Below are positions 50,654 to 60,612 of a stretch of DNA of 64,000 bases, in pieces (the first letter of the stretch is position 1; the number at the start of each line of letters is the position of its first letter). Where the stretch lies: the NCBI GenBank assembly GCA_963835065.1, contig CAWIEK010000012.1, positions 1 through 64,000 of the forward strand, written 5' to 3'. Both the position numbers and the translations under genes were made by a program. A model generated the notes under the pieces. It was not told where the DNA came from. It saw only the letters and a list, made by a program, of their open reading frames with translations, and searched no databases. Source of the stretch: an uncultured Chthonomonadaceae bacterium (GTDB lineage Bacteria > Armatimonadota > Chthonomonadetes > Chthonomonadales > Chthonomonadaceae).

Positions 50654-53330
50654 AAGCGGTTTCCACATCCGCGCCATTTTGAGGGGCGAATCCCGGCGCG
50701 TTCCCCGGCTCCTCCCCCGTATGTAAATCATTGACGGACACGGGTGGCAGCAGGGTTCCCGCGCTGTTGAAAGAACTGTCGAACGCGCCCTCAAAGGCTT
50801 TGTCGAAGGATGTGGCGGGAAACGAAGCGCTCACATCGTTGACGGCAAAGATTGTGCCGGATGACAGGGCGGACAGGGGCGTAAGAACTGTTTCCACACT
50901 CCCGGAAACGGGCGTATCGCGTTCCTCTTCCCTGTTGAAATCACTGCCTTCGCGCGCTTCCATGCCCCGCGTTGCCGTACCGGGTTGGTAAACGTTGGCG
51001 TCAATAACGGCGCTATCCATAACATTGCTGTTAATAAGAGCGCCATCCATGCGGGGCGCGTCACTGCGAACGGCGGCTTGCGCTTGATTCAGCGGCATGT
51101 TGAGCGCGGGGGCTTCGGGGCGCAGGTCGGCGCGTACCACTTCCATCGGCTGGCCGCTGGCCGTGCGCGGCGGCTCGCGGGGATAATCAATGCGCCCGTG
51201 CATCATGGCCTGCAGGACATGCAAAAACGCATCGGAAATGGCTTTCACATCGCGGAAGGTGAGCGGGCTTTCATTCAATTGCCCGTCCTCGATTTTGCCC
51301 CGCACGATGCTGGAAATCAGGGCTTCCAATTTCTCCTGATTGGGCTTGTCAATGCAGCGCGCGGCCGCTTCCACCGAGTCGGCAAGCATGACAATAGCGG
51401 CTTCGCGGGTTTGAGGCTTGGGGCCGGGATAGCGGAAGCGCTCTTCCATACCGGGGGGAGGGCTGCTGCTGTCGCTGCCGTTGTCGGCAAGCGCCTGGCG
51501 GTAGAAGAAGTTAATTAGTGTCGTGCCGTGATGCTGGGCAACAATGTCGCGTATTTCGGCAGGCAGGCGGTGCTGTTTCGCCATCGTCACGCCGTCGCGG
51601 ACATGGGCGGTTATAATCAGGGCGGAAAGCGAGGGCGACAGGCGGCAATGCACATTATCAGCGCGCTGGTTTTCAATGAAGAAGTCGGGGCGGTTCATTT
51701 TGCCGATGTCGTGGTAATAACCTCCCACGCGGCACAGCAGGGCGTCGGCATGAATGGCCTGCGCGCCCGCTTCGGCCAGCGTTCCCACCATCATGCTGTG
51801 GGCATACGTTCCGGGCGCGACAGCGCATAATTGCTGCAGCAGGGGGCGGTCAAAAGCGGACAATTCCAGCAGCGCGGTATGGGTCAAAATCCCAAACGGC
51901 TTTTCCAGCGCAAGGACGCCGAACCAGAACAGGAAGGTGGCGAACGGAGCCACGCCCGTCGCCCACGCCGAACCCGTCAGCAGTTCGCTGAAACGGTCAT
52001 TAAACAGCAGGCCGAGCAGCCACACCAGCCCGACATTGCTCAGGGCAAGGGCTGCCGTTGTCGTCAGCAGGTTGGTTTTGCGCCGGTCATGCGATACGCT
52101 GGCAATGCCGACAAGCCCGGAAAGCAGGGTCATCACGCTGAACCGTATCTCGTGGTTCATAATCATGCCCGACTGAATCGCAAGCAGGGCGACGATCAGC
52201 ATGGCAAGGTGCATGTCGAGCAGGACACTGACCAACATGCCCGCTGCGGTCACACTCATCATGCCCAAATAGCCCAACTGCCAGCCGGAAAATTGCAGGC
52301 CGAGCAGCGCGGCTCCCACTTTCAGGCCGACAACGCTCAAAAGGACAATCACGGCCAATAACGCCAATCGGCGCGTGTCCTGATACAGTTTGGGCAGGAC
52401 GCGGGAAATGTAGAACGCGACCACAAGCACCATACAGGCGGCAAGAATACAAATGGCAACGCCCGTCGTAAGTTCCTGGCGCGGATCGAGCAGGCCGAGC
52501 GCGGTCAGTTTGTCAAGCGTGTCCTGCCGCGCGATTTCACCCGGCGCAATGATCTTGTCGCCGGGAAACAAGCGGCCATACGCGGGCGGCACATTACGAA
52601 CGGCGGCCTGCATCGCCTGCTGCGTCCGGGCGCGATTGTACAGGCGGTTGGGGCGCAGGGCTTGCCCGGCAATGGCATACACAAGGTCGGCGTCGCCGAC
52701 AATGGGCAAGGCTTCCTGCGCGCGCCGCCGGAGCGCCTGCTGTACCTGCCGCAGATCATCGGACTGGTCGCGGATTTCCCGATCCATGCCCTCATCCACA
52801 AGGCGCAGGGTGGTGTCGCGCAGGCGCTGAAAAACGGTGGGCGTGACGGTCAGCAGGCGGCGGAGCGTGTTGCGCGACAATCCACTGCCGGATTGCAGCG
52901 ACTGGATGGCTTTGTCCAGATTGGCGGTTTTGAGCAGGGCGCGGGTAGTGAAGGCGCGGCGTTCCATGTCAACGCGGTCGAACAGTTCGTCTACGGTGCG
53001 GCGCGCGTCTACCGCCGCGTGTTCATCCGTGTCGTAAACGGGGCGCGTGGCCTGCCCGGCGATCTTCTGGAGCGTGGAGGTTTTTTCCGAGTCAAGATAA
53101 ATCACGCTGCGCGGGGAGCGCACTTCGCGCGTACTGGTCTCGCCGAGTCGCAGCGGAACGCGATCCTGACGCAGATGTACAGACATCATCAGGGACAGGG
53201 CGGCAATGGTGAGCAGCATCAAGCCGGCTTTGGCTTTATTGAAAGCCGGGCGAGCCGCCATCATGCGCTTCTGCCATGCGGCCAGTCGCCGCAGCCATTT
53301 ATGTTGTAACGGCAAATTTGGAGGGTTCAT
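50526..53330 (-). CDS. 7TM-HD phosphohydrolase (PgpH/YqfF-like cyclic-di-AMP phosphodiesterase)
   Basis: Extracellular domain, TM bundle, APGTYAHS, YYHDIGK, QHHGT, FRYPGPKPQ, MLADSVEAA; upstream of ybeY. Confidence 0.92.
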   Translation of the reverse strand: MNPPNLPLQHKWLRRLAAWQKRMMAARPAFNKAKAGLMLLTIAALSLMMSVHLRQDRVPLRLGETSTREVRSPRSVIYLDSEKTSTLQKIAGQATRPVYDTDEHAAVDARRTVDELFDRVDMERRAFTTRALLKTANLDKAIQSLQSGSGLSRNTLRRLLTVTPTVFQRLRDTTLRLVDEGMDREIRDQSDDLRQVQQALRRRAQEALPIVGDADLVYAIAGQALRPNRLYNRARTQQAMQAAVRNVPPAYGRLFPGDKIIAPGEIARQDTLDKLTALGLLDPRQELTTGVAICILAACMVLVVAFYISRVLPKLYQDTRRLALLAVIVLLSVVGLKVGAALLGLQFSGWQLGYLGMMSVTAAGMLVSVLLDMHLAMLIVALLAIQSGMIMNHEIRFSVMTLLSGLVGIASVSHDRRKTNLLTTTAALALSNVGLVWLLGLLFNDRFSELLTGSAWATGVAPFATFLFWFGVLALEKPFGILTHTALLELSAFDRPLLQQLCAVAPGTYAHSMMVGTLAEAGAQAIHADALLCRVGGYYHDIGKMNRPDFFIENQRADNVHCRLSPSLSALIITAHVRDGVTMAKQHRLPAEIRDIVAQHHGTTLINFFYRQALADNGSDSSSPPPGMEERFRYPGPKPQTREAAIVMLADSVEAAARCIDKPNQEKLEALISSIVRGKIEDGQLNESPLTFRDVKAISDAFLHVLQAMMHGRIDYPREPPRTASGQPMEVVRADLRPEAPALNMPLNQAQAAVRSDAPRMDGALINSNVMDSAVIDANVYQPGTATRGMEAREGSDFNREEERDTPVSGSVETVLTPLSALSSGTIFAVNDVSASFPATSFDKAFEGAFDSSFNSAGTLLPPVSVNDLHTGEEPGNAPGFAPQNGADVETAYARHFTEQSGAPGQDNPVAPGGAPPAANGRPRPRGGKRSAHG

Positions 53331-53432
53331 CGTTGTCGTCGTGCCCGAAGGCCGACTGAACACGGCATTGTGACGCAGGCGGCAAAAAGAAAACAGCAAC
53401 TCCGCGCTGCGCGGATGTCAGCAATCCACTAC

Positions 53433-53461
53433 ATTATATCTGCTGTATACCCGCCTGTCAA
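53433..53461 (-). promoter_or_regulatory. Consensus sigma70 promoter of the pgpH-ybeY-dgkA-corC operon
   Basis: Minus strand TTGACA-17 bp-TATAAT. Confidence 0.8.
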
Positions 53462-53629
53462 GTGAAAGGCAGGCAGCAGGCAGTAGGCAATAGGTAATAG
53501 GCAGTAGATACAAGATAAAAGGCACAAATGAGCAAGGCATCAACTTATATCTTTTGCCTTATGCCTTGTGCCTTCCTAAAAAATAGACGTGGAGGGGCGT
53601 TATTTGTTTTGCCATTTTTGGTTTTCGCG

Positions 53630-54181
53630 TTAAGAAATGGGCGGCATAATGGATTGCGCGAGGGCGGCTTCGAGGGCGGCGGTCAGGGCGGACGTGGTTG
53701 GCTGGCCCTCGTAACGGACGTTGTTCAGGAAAAAAGTGGGCGTGGTATGCAGGCCGGTTGTACGGATGCCGTCCACATCGGCGCGAACGGCGTTGTAGGT
53801 GGCTTCGTCCTCCAATCTGGCGGCAAAATCGTCTGCGTCCAGCCCGATTTGAACGGCAAGGCGCTGAAGTTCTTTCGCTGTGAGGGAGTACGGATTTTCC
53901 AAAAGCGCGTCGTGCATAGGCCAAAATTTGCCTGCCATTCCCGCCGCTTCTGAGGCGCGGGCAGCGGGAAGCGCCTGCGGGTGTATGTCCGTGAGCGGCA
54001 GATGCCGATACACGAAGCGCAGCCGGTCAGCAAACTGCGCCCGCAACGGTTTCAGAACGTGATGGGCTTCGCGGCAGTCGCCGCACTGAAAATCGCCGTA
54101 TTCCACAAGGGTCACGCGCGCATCGGCAGGGCCTTCCTGCCAATCCTGCGCGTTTACCGCTGTAGGTAAAGTGAGAGCCAT
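53630..54181 (-). CDS. DsbA-family thioredoxin-fold protein
   Basis: VEYGDFQCGDC, YRHLPL..IHPQA, TPTFF. Confidence 0.9.
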   Translation of the reverse strand: MALTLPTAVNAQDWQEGPADARVTLVEYGDFQCGDCREAHHVLKPLRAQFADRLRFVYRHLPLTDIHPQALPAARASEAAGMAGKFWPMHDALLENPYSLTAKELQRLAVQIGLDADDFAARLEDEATYNAVRADVDGIRTTGLHTTPTFFLNNVRYEGQPTTSALTAALEAALAQSIMPPIS

Positions 54182-54264
54182 AATTTTATCCTTAATGAGG
54201 GTTGAGCGTTGAGCAGTGAGGCGAACGGCTCAACGCTCTGTACGGAACGCTCAACCCTCAACTC

Positions 54265-55620
54265 TCAACCCTCAACCGCATGAGGTACGCTGCCGCCACG
54301 CGGGACGCGGCGGTCAACATCGGACGGTTCGGGAATGAAGAACGTGATGAGCAGGGCGGGAATGTATAACATGCCGACCCAAACCAGGGCTGCATTAAAA
54401 TCCGCAACGGTTTTCAATTGGACGCTCAGGCCGAAAATGATCGTGCCGGCGGCGGCAACGAGACGCCCCACATTGTAGCAGAAACCGGCTCCCGTCGTGC
54501 GCAGGAGCGTGGGAAAGAGGGGCGGGATATACAGCGGGAACAAGCCGAAAACGCCCTGCACGAAGAAATGCGCCAGGGAGGCGTAAAACACGATTTGAAT
54601 GTGGTCGTGTGGAAAGCCATACGCGAAATACATGGTAGTGGCTCCGCCCAGGAACATAACCAGCGTGGCTTTGCGATACCCGAAATAGCGGGCAATCGCA
54701 GCCGCGAAGAAGTTGCCGCCAATGGCGACGATGAAGCAGACGCATTGCGCTTTCGACAGGTAGATTTCCCGGTCGGGCGCGGCCATGCTGACAACATCCG
54801 GCAGATGGCGCAATTGCTGCGTGTACCAGAAAATCAGCGCCCAAACGGTCGTCAGGGCGGCGGAGCAGAGCAGAATCGTCAGAATGGTGGTGCGGCGCAC
54901 TTCGCCCATAAATAAATCTGAAATGGCGGGTGGGTTGTGCTTGGCTTCTTTTTGCGCTTCATGCCATTCCGTCGATTCGGGAATGTTGCGGCGTATCCAG
55001 AAAATAATCAGGGCGGGAATCACCCCGATGGCGAATACCCAGCGCGGGTTCGATTTTGCCAGCACAATGCCCACGAGGGCCGCGAGGATAAAGCCACTCT
55101 GGTACGCGGATTGCAGCACGGCGCTGACCCAGGGCCGCCACTTGCGCGGCCAGGTTTCCGACACGAGAGACGAACCCGCCGCCCACTCCCCGCCGATGCC
55201 CAACGCCGACAGAAACCGAAACATCAGCAGCGCCGTCCACGACCACGCCAGCCCTTGAAAGCCGGTAAAGATAGCATACGTGAGAATCGTCAGGCTGATG
55301 GTGCGGCTGCGTCCATACCGGTCGCCAATGCGCCCGAAAATCGCGCCGCCAAGCGCCCACCCGATGAGAAACGCCGCCTGAATATAAGACGCGGTACGGC
55401 TGACGGCAGGGTTTTTTACGGTGCTGTTGAGCAGGGACGCGACGAACGGCAGGGCGACCATGATGTACAGCGAACTGTCCAGGCCGTCGAACAGCCAGCC
55501 GAGCCAGGCGGCGATACCGCATTTCCATTGCTGCGGCGAAAGGTCGCGCAGGCGCGTCACATCCTGCCCGGAGGGAATACCGGAAGGAACGGGCAAAGCG
55601 ACAGAAGAATCGGAAGTCAT
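54265..55620 (-). CDS. MFS transporter
   Basis: FGRIGDRYGRSR motif A, GIGGEWAAG, LFPTLLRTTGAGFCYNVGR. Confidence 0.93.
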   Translation of the reverse strand: MTSDSSVALPVPSGIPSGQDVTRLRDLSPQQWKCGIAAWLGWLFDGLDSSLYIMVALPFVASLLNSTVKNPAVSRTASYIQAAFLIGWALGGAIFGRIGDRYGRSRTISLTILTYAIFTGFQGLAWSWTALLMFRFLSALGIGGEWAAGSSLVSETWPRKWRPWVSAVLQSAYQSGFILAALVGIVLAKSNPRWVFAIGVIPALIIFWIRRNIPESTEWHEAQKEAKHNPPAISDLFMGEVRRTTILTILLCSAALTTVWALIFWYTQQLRHLPDVVSMAAPDREIYLSKAQCVCFIVAIGGNFFAAAIARYFGYRKATLVMFLGGATTMYFAYGFPHDHIQIVFYASLAHFFVQGVFGLFPLYIPPLFPTLLRTTGAGFCYNVGRLVAAAGTIIFGLSVQLKTVADFNAALVWVGMLYIPALLITFFIPEPSDVDRRVPRGGSVPHAVEG

Positions 55621-55692
55621 GGAAATTACCTTTTCCTACGAAAAAGTGTCACAAATTCTGGTAAAATAACGTTTAACTAAGCGTGAGGGACA

Positions 55693-55747
55693 CTGAAAGT
55701 TTACAGTTCCTGCATCTCTATCAACTACGAACTATCAACTATCAACT
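55693..55747 (+). repeat. 55-bp dispersed repeat, copy 2
   Basis: Shares an identical 30-bp CTATCAA-type heptamer block and upstream motifs with 24548-24602. Confidence 0.85.
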
Positions 55748-55905
55748 GCTTGGAGCAGGGCGGCGCATGGTGAAGCCGGGTACTCGCGCAGGTACTTCCG
55801 GCAGGATATTCGCCATCGCGTCGTGAATCCCCTTGTATCCGACTGATATTTTTGCTACGCTGCCCCGCCCCGCCCGCGGCACTTCATTTTCCAGGAGTTT
55901 ATGCT

Positions 55906-56844
55906 ATGCGCCGGATTCTGACTCTCGCCTTCTGCCTCTTTGTCGCCTTCGCCAGTCTGTCCGCTCACGCGGCGGGGGAAATCGCCGCCGAACCGTCCGC
56001 CATTGCGCCCGGACAATCTTCCACGCTCAAATGGTACTTCAATGGAGCCAAAATCACGGTGTCGGGCGGGACGCTCACGCCGGGAACGCTTGTCACCGGC
56101 AAGCAAACGCTGACCGTGAAGCCTAAAAAAACCACCAAGTACCTGTTCGACGTGTATTACCATCCCGAACTGTCCGCCGACAAGCAGGCGACGGGAACGG
56201 GCAAACTGACGCATGTGCAGTATACCGTGACGGTGGAAGTGCTGACAGCCATGCCGGGCCTGCTGTCTTATAAAGGAACGCACAACTGGCGCGTCAACTA
56301 CCAGACCGGCTGGAAACCGATGACAAATGAGGGCGCGAGTGACGACCTGGTGTGGTTTCAGGCCGAAGAAGACGCGGTGGAGCGGCTGTCCGTCGCCATT
56401 GTGCCGCTCAAGGACAAAACAGCGGCGCAGTTGATGGATGAAATACGCGCCGACATTCCTTCCCACTATACCCACTACGAAGTCGTTTCTCAGGCCGAGT
56501 GTACGCAGCAGGGCTTGCCCGCGCTGACGGCGACGTTTACCGGCAACGACCAGGCGCATCCCGGCACGCGAACGCAATCCATCCTGAAAGTGTTCGTAAA
56601 CGGGGAGCGCGGCTACGTGGTCAGCGCGCGAACAGCGGCTTCGCGGTTCAGCCTGCGCCGCCCGCTATTGGAAAACATGGTGAACAGTTTCGCCCTTACG
56701 GGCAAAATCATTCCCGCAGCGGCAAAATCCAATTCGGATACCTCCAGCGTGGAAGGCGCGCAAACCGGCACTAAATCAACGCTGCCAGCCAACAAAACAA
56801 CGCTGTCAACGTCCGTAAAGGAAAGCAGCACGAGCAAGCCGTAA
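55906..56844 (+). CDS. Secreted hypothetical protein (possible PsbP-like C-terminal domain)
   Basis: AGGAG RBS, signal peptide MRRILTL...AHA, ENMVNSF. Confidence 0.7.
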   Translation: MRRILTLAFCLFVAFASLSAHAAGEIAAEPSAIAPGQSSTLKWYFNGAKITVSGGTLTPGTLVTGKQTLTVKPKKTTKYLFDVYYHPELSADKQATGTGKLTHVQYTVTVEVLTAMPGLLSYKGTHNWRVNYQTGWKPMTNEGASDDLVWFQAEEDAVERLSVAIVPLKDKTAAQLMDEIRADIPSHYTHYEVVSQAECTQQGLPALTATFTGNDQAHPGTRTQSILKVFVNGERGYVVSARTAASRFSLRRPLLENMVNSFALTGKIIPAAAKSNSDTSSVEGAQTGTKSTLPANKTTLSTSVKESSTSKP

Positions 56845-56879
56845 GCGTTTCCGCCCGCGAAGGCTATACACATGAAATA

Positions 56880-56912
56880 AGCCGCCTGTCTTCCAGAGAA
56901 GAACAGGCGGCT
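56880..56912. terminator. Hairpin between convergent genes
   Basis: AGCCGCCTGT...ACAGGCGGCT. Confidence 0.65.
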
Positions 56913-57009
56913 AATCCTATTAAATGTATTTCTGCGTGTTGTTGGCGTTTAACTTACTCACAAACCTCTAAGGTCAGAGTAAACCAGCCACCAACCACCA
57001 ACCACCAAC

Positions 57010-57444
57010 CTAAATGCCGAAGCGTCCGCCGAAGGGCTGCACATCCGGCAGGTGTTTCCGGGTTGTATCCGCCCATTTCGCCGCAAGCGCGTTCGTAGAC
57101 ATGCCCTCGGCTTTGGCATCCGCAGGCGTTACTTCCAGCAACAGATAGCGGCGCACGACGATTTTATTGCCTACTACCTTGATGTCAGACCGACGCAGGG
57201 CGGGAGCGGTGGCGCGGGAAAAAATTTCGGTCGCCCGCGCGTCGCACTTTTCGGTGCGCATAATGGGCGTGTCTTTTCCGGCACTTTGGCTGAGCCGGAA
57301 CATTTCGTAGCCTGAAATCGCCCACGTGGAAGCGGCCTTATCTGCTACGGCAGCAACCTCTCCGATGGGCAAAACTTCCTGCGCGGCGGCAGGGCGCGCA
57401 AGGGCGCAAACACCGATAAGGACGGCGGCGGAAATCCACTTCAT
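57010..57444 (-). CDS. Secreted hypothetical protein
   Basis: AAGGAG RBS, signal peptide; LLEVTPADAK...LAAKW. Confidence 0.75.
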   Translation of the reverse strand: MKWISAAVLIGVCALARPAAAQEVLPIGEVAAVADKAASTWAISGYEMFRLSQSAGKDTPIMRTEKCDARATEIFSRATAPALRRSDIKVVGNKIVVRRYLLLEVTPADAKAEGMSTNALAAKWADTTRKHLPDVQPFGGRFGI

Positions 57445-57825
57445 AAGAGACTCCTTTCAAACACAAGGCGCGAAATGGCAAAACAAGCAAACAAAATGGT
57501 TGTTACGGACTCACTGACGGCCTAGTATTCCTCCTTGTTCCCTCAAAATGCGGGGGCCGCGCCAAATTACCCACTTCGATATAGCAGGGATTGTCATTGA
57601 CAAAAAGGTGGCAAATATCAATCTTTAGCGGGGTTCCAAAAAGATTGAACCTTTGTTGAACAGCGTCGTAAAAGGAATTGAAACGACATCGAAAGGCAGT
57701 TCTGCCTTTCCTGCTACAGCTCGACGATGATGCTGGCAGCGCATCCACTCCCACTTCATTGCTTATTTCTGCTGTCACTGTCAGAGCCAAACTCTCGCGG
57801 GGTATTGCGAAAGGACTGGTACGTT

Positions 57826-60318
57826 ATGATTCTTCGGTACGCTTCCCGGCTGCTGCGACACGCCTTGCCTCCCTCCCTGATGGCGCTGTTATTTTGCGGC
57901 CTGCTTCCGCCGCTTTGGGCGGACATTCCCGCCGTGCCCACACAGCACAACGACAACGCCCGCACCGGGGCCAACCTCCAGGAAACGATTCTGACGCCCG
58001 CCAACGTCAAGTCAGCCACGTTTGGCAAGCTGTTCGTCCGCGCGCTGGACGCTAATGTAAACGGCCAGGTGTTATATGTGCCGCAGCTGCGCATTAACGG
58101 CGCAATTCACAACGTTATTTTTGCCTACACTTCCAACAATGCCAACAATTCGCCGTGCAGTCTGTACGCCTTCGATGCGGACGACCCGGCGGCTTCCGCC
58201 CCCCTCTGGCGGCATCAGTTTACCAATTCGGCGCAATGGACGCAGTGCGCGCCCACCATTGACATTGCCAACCAGATCATCTACGTTCTGACCAAAGACA
58301 ACAACGACAATGGCGCGACCCGGATGCGCGCTCTCGACCTCCTGACCGGCGCGGAAAAAACCGGCAGCCCGATTACCGTTGCCGCTTCGGTTCCGGGCAC
58401 GGGCGATGGCAGCGTCAACGGCGTGGTTTCTTTCGACACCTCCCATGCCAACTGCCGCCCCGGACTGCTGCTGCTCAATGGCGTGGTGTACTGCGCCTTT
58501 GCGCACAACTCCGACAGTTTTCCTTATCACGGCTGGATTTTCGGCTACCATTACGATGGAACGCAGTTCACGCAAACAGCCGTTTTCAACACGGCTCCCA
58601 ACGGAGGGCTGGACGGCATCTGGCAGGCGGGCAAGGGGCTGACCGCCGATGTGAACGGCAACATTTATTGCGCTGTCGGCAACGGCACGTTCAATCCCGC
58701 GAGTGGCAGTTATGGCATGTGCTATCTGAAACTGAGTACGCCCAACCTGACGGTTCTCGACTGGTTCGCCCCTTACGATGAAAAGCCGCAAAGCGACGCT
58801 GATCTCGATCAGGGCAATTCGGGCCTTGTCGGTATTCCGGGAACCAACCACTTCTTCGCCGGAGCGACCAAGTTCGGCTCGGTCTTTCTGCTCGATTCGA
58901 CCAACCTGGGCGGCTTCACGCCCAACGGCCCGGACAAAGTGGTGCAGCGGCTGAACGGCATCAGCAACAACGACAATGTGGGGCAAAACTCCATCGGCTG
59001 GGACGCGGGAACCGTCAAATATATGTATCTGTGGCCGAGCGGCTACCAGGCGCAGCAGTTCCGCTACGATACCACGCAAAACCAACTGAACCCGGCGGGC
59101 ATCTGGAAACAAACAGGGGCCGCTTCCAGTGGCGGCTCGCTTGCCATTACCGCCAATGGCAATATCAACGGTATTTTGTGGGCGGCGGGCAATAACGGCG
59201 TGTTTCATGCCTTTGATGCCACCGACTTGAGCAAGCCCGAACTGTGGAACAGCAGCCAGAACAGCGCGCGCGATGCGCTCGGCTCCGTGGGACACTTCCA
59301 ATTCCCGACCGTTGTAAACGGCAAAGCATACGTGCCGACCGGTTCCGCAACCATTGCCGTTTATGGCCTGCTGCCTTCCGGCACCGTGTCAGTCGCCAAT
59401 GGCAGCTTCGAGACGCCGAGCATGGGAAACGCCAATTACCAGTACAATCCGGGCGGCGGCAACTGGACGTTCACGGGCGCGTCGGGCATCCAGAGCAACG
59501 GCAGCGCGTGGGGAGCGCCTGCGGCTGCCGATGGCGTACAAACCGCGTTTTTGCAGGGCTATACCGGCGGCCCGCCTGCCACCATCAGCCAGAGCATCAA
59601 CTTCCCGGCTGCGGGCAACTACACGCTTACCTTCCAGGCGGCGCGGCGCTACGGACAGGTGCAGCCGATCCAGGTCAGCATAGACGGCGCGAATGTGGGC
59701 AGTCCGCTCACCCCGGCAGGCAACGGGTTCCAGACGTTCACCGTCACCTTTGCCGTCAATTCGGCAGGCAACCATACGCTCATGCTGGCAACCACCAGCA
59801 GCGCGGTTGACGTCACGACCTTCGTGGATCAGGTCAGCCTTGTCAGTTCGGCTCCGTCCATCGCAATTACCAACCCCAGTTTCGAGACGCCGAGCATGGG
59901 AAACGCCAATTACCAGTACAATCCGACCGGAGGCGGCTGGACATTCGCGGGTAACAGCGGCATTCAAAGCAACGGCAGCGCCTGGGGCGCGTCCAATGCG
60001 ACGGATGGCGTACAAACAGCCTTCCTGCAAAGCGACCATCCCGGCAGCATCAGCCAGAGCATCAACTTCCCGGCTGCGGGCAACTACACGCTTACCTTCC
60101 AGGCGGCGCGGCGCTACGGACAGGTGCAGCCGATTCAGATCAGCATAGACGGCGCGAATGTGGGCAGTCCGCTCACCCCGGCAGGCAACGGGTTCCAGAC
60201 GTTCACCGTCACCTTTGCCGTCAGCGCGGCAGGCAACCATACGCTGGCGTTCTCCGCTACCATCAGCGCGGGCGATGTGTCCAGCTTTGTGGATCAGGTC
60301 GTTCTCACTTCCCAGTAG
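57826..60318 (+). CDS. Secreted beta-propeller (PQQ-like) protein with two tandem galactose-binding-like domains
   Basis: TQHNDNARTGANLQETILTPANV, YHGWIFGY, GIWQAG, FQFPTVVNGKAYV; two N.SFETP repeats. Confidence 0.8.
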   Translation: MILRYASRLLRHALPPSLMALLFCGLLPPLWADIPAVPTQHNDNARTGANLQETILTPANVKSATFGKLFVRALDANVNGQVLYVPQLRINGAIHNVIFAYTSNNANNSPCSLYAFDADDPAASAPLWRHQFTNSAQWTQCAPTIDIANQIIYVLTKDNNDNGATRMRALDLLTGAEKTGSPITVAASVPGTGDGSVNGVVSFDTSHANCRPGLLLLNGVVYCAFAHNSDSFPYHGWIFGYHYDGTQFTQTAVFNTAPNGGLDGIWQAGKGLTADVNGNIYCAVGNGTFNPASGSYGMCYLKLSTPNLTVLDWFAPYDEKPQSDADLDQGNSGLVGIPGTNHFFAGATKFGSVFLLDSTNLGGFTPNGPDKVVQRLNGISNNDNVGQNSIGWDAGTVKYMYLWPSGYQAQQFRYDTTQNQLNPAGIWKQTGAASSGGSLAITANGNINGILWAAGNNGVFHAFDATDLSKPELWNSSQNSARDALGSVGHFQFPTVVNGKAYVPTGSATIAVYGLLPSGTVSVANGSFETPSMGNANYQYNPGGGNWTFTGASGIQSNGSAWGAPAAADGVQTAFLQGYTGGPPATISQSINFPAAGNYTLTFQAARRYGQVQPIQVSIDGANVGSPLTPAGNGFQTFTVTFAVNSAGNHTLMLATTSSAVDVTTFVDQVSLVSSAPSIAITNPSFETPSMGNANYQYNPTGGGWTFAGNSGIQSNGSAWGASNATDGVQTAFLQSDHPGSISQSINFPAAGNYTLTFQAARRYGQVQPIQISIDGANVGSPLTPAGNGFQTFTVTFAVSAAGNHTLAFSATISAGDVSSFVDQVVLTSQ

Positions 60319-60386
60319 ACGCGACAACACGGCTGCGGGAAGTTATGCGCTCCTGACAGCATCCGAGCGGCCAGGAACACTGAACA

Positions 60387-60422
60387 GAAGCCGGGGCAGA
60401 CATTTTTGCCTGCCCCGGCTTC
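60387..60422 (+). terminator. Hairpin after the beta-propeller gene
   Basis: GAAGCCGGGGCAG...CTGCCCCGGCTTC. Confidence 0.6.
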
Positions 60423-60612
60423 CAAATTTGCCTCTTCCAAAAATGCCCTCCCCTACTGCAACAAAAATGTACCCGTAAAATGACGTGAAATCTGCATGAC
60501 TGCCTGCATGTGGCGGGTAGTTATGATATAATGGCTAGATACCGTTCAGCCTCGCTGCTAAGAACACAGCCTTACGCTTGACTCCATTGTTGTCGCTTTA
60601 TTCCAATACACC

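Noticed and set aside
55763..55825. Long imperfect hairpin as possible ncRNA or riboswitch
   Set aside because: No recognisable family motif; an Rfam covariance search would be needed.
57664..57690. ATTGAAAC resembling a CRISPR repeat 3' end
   Set aside because: Single occurrence, with no spacer-separated copies and no cas genes.
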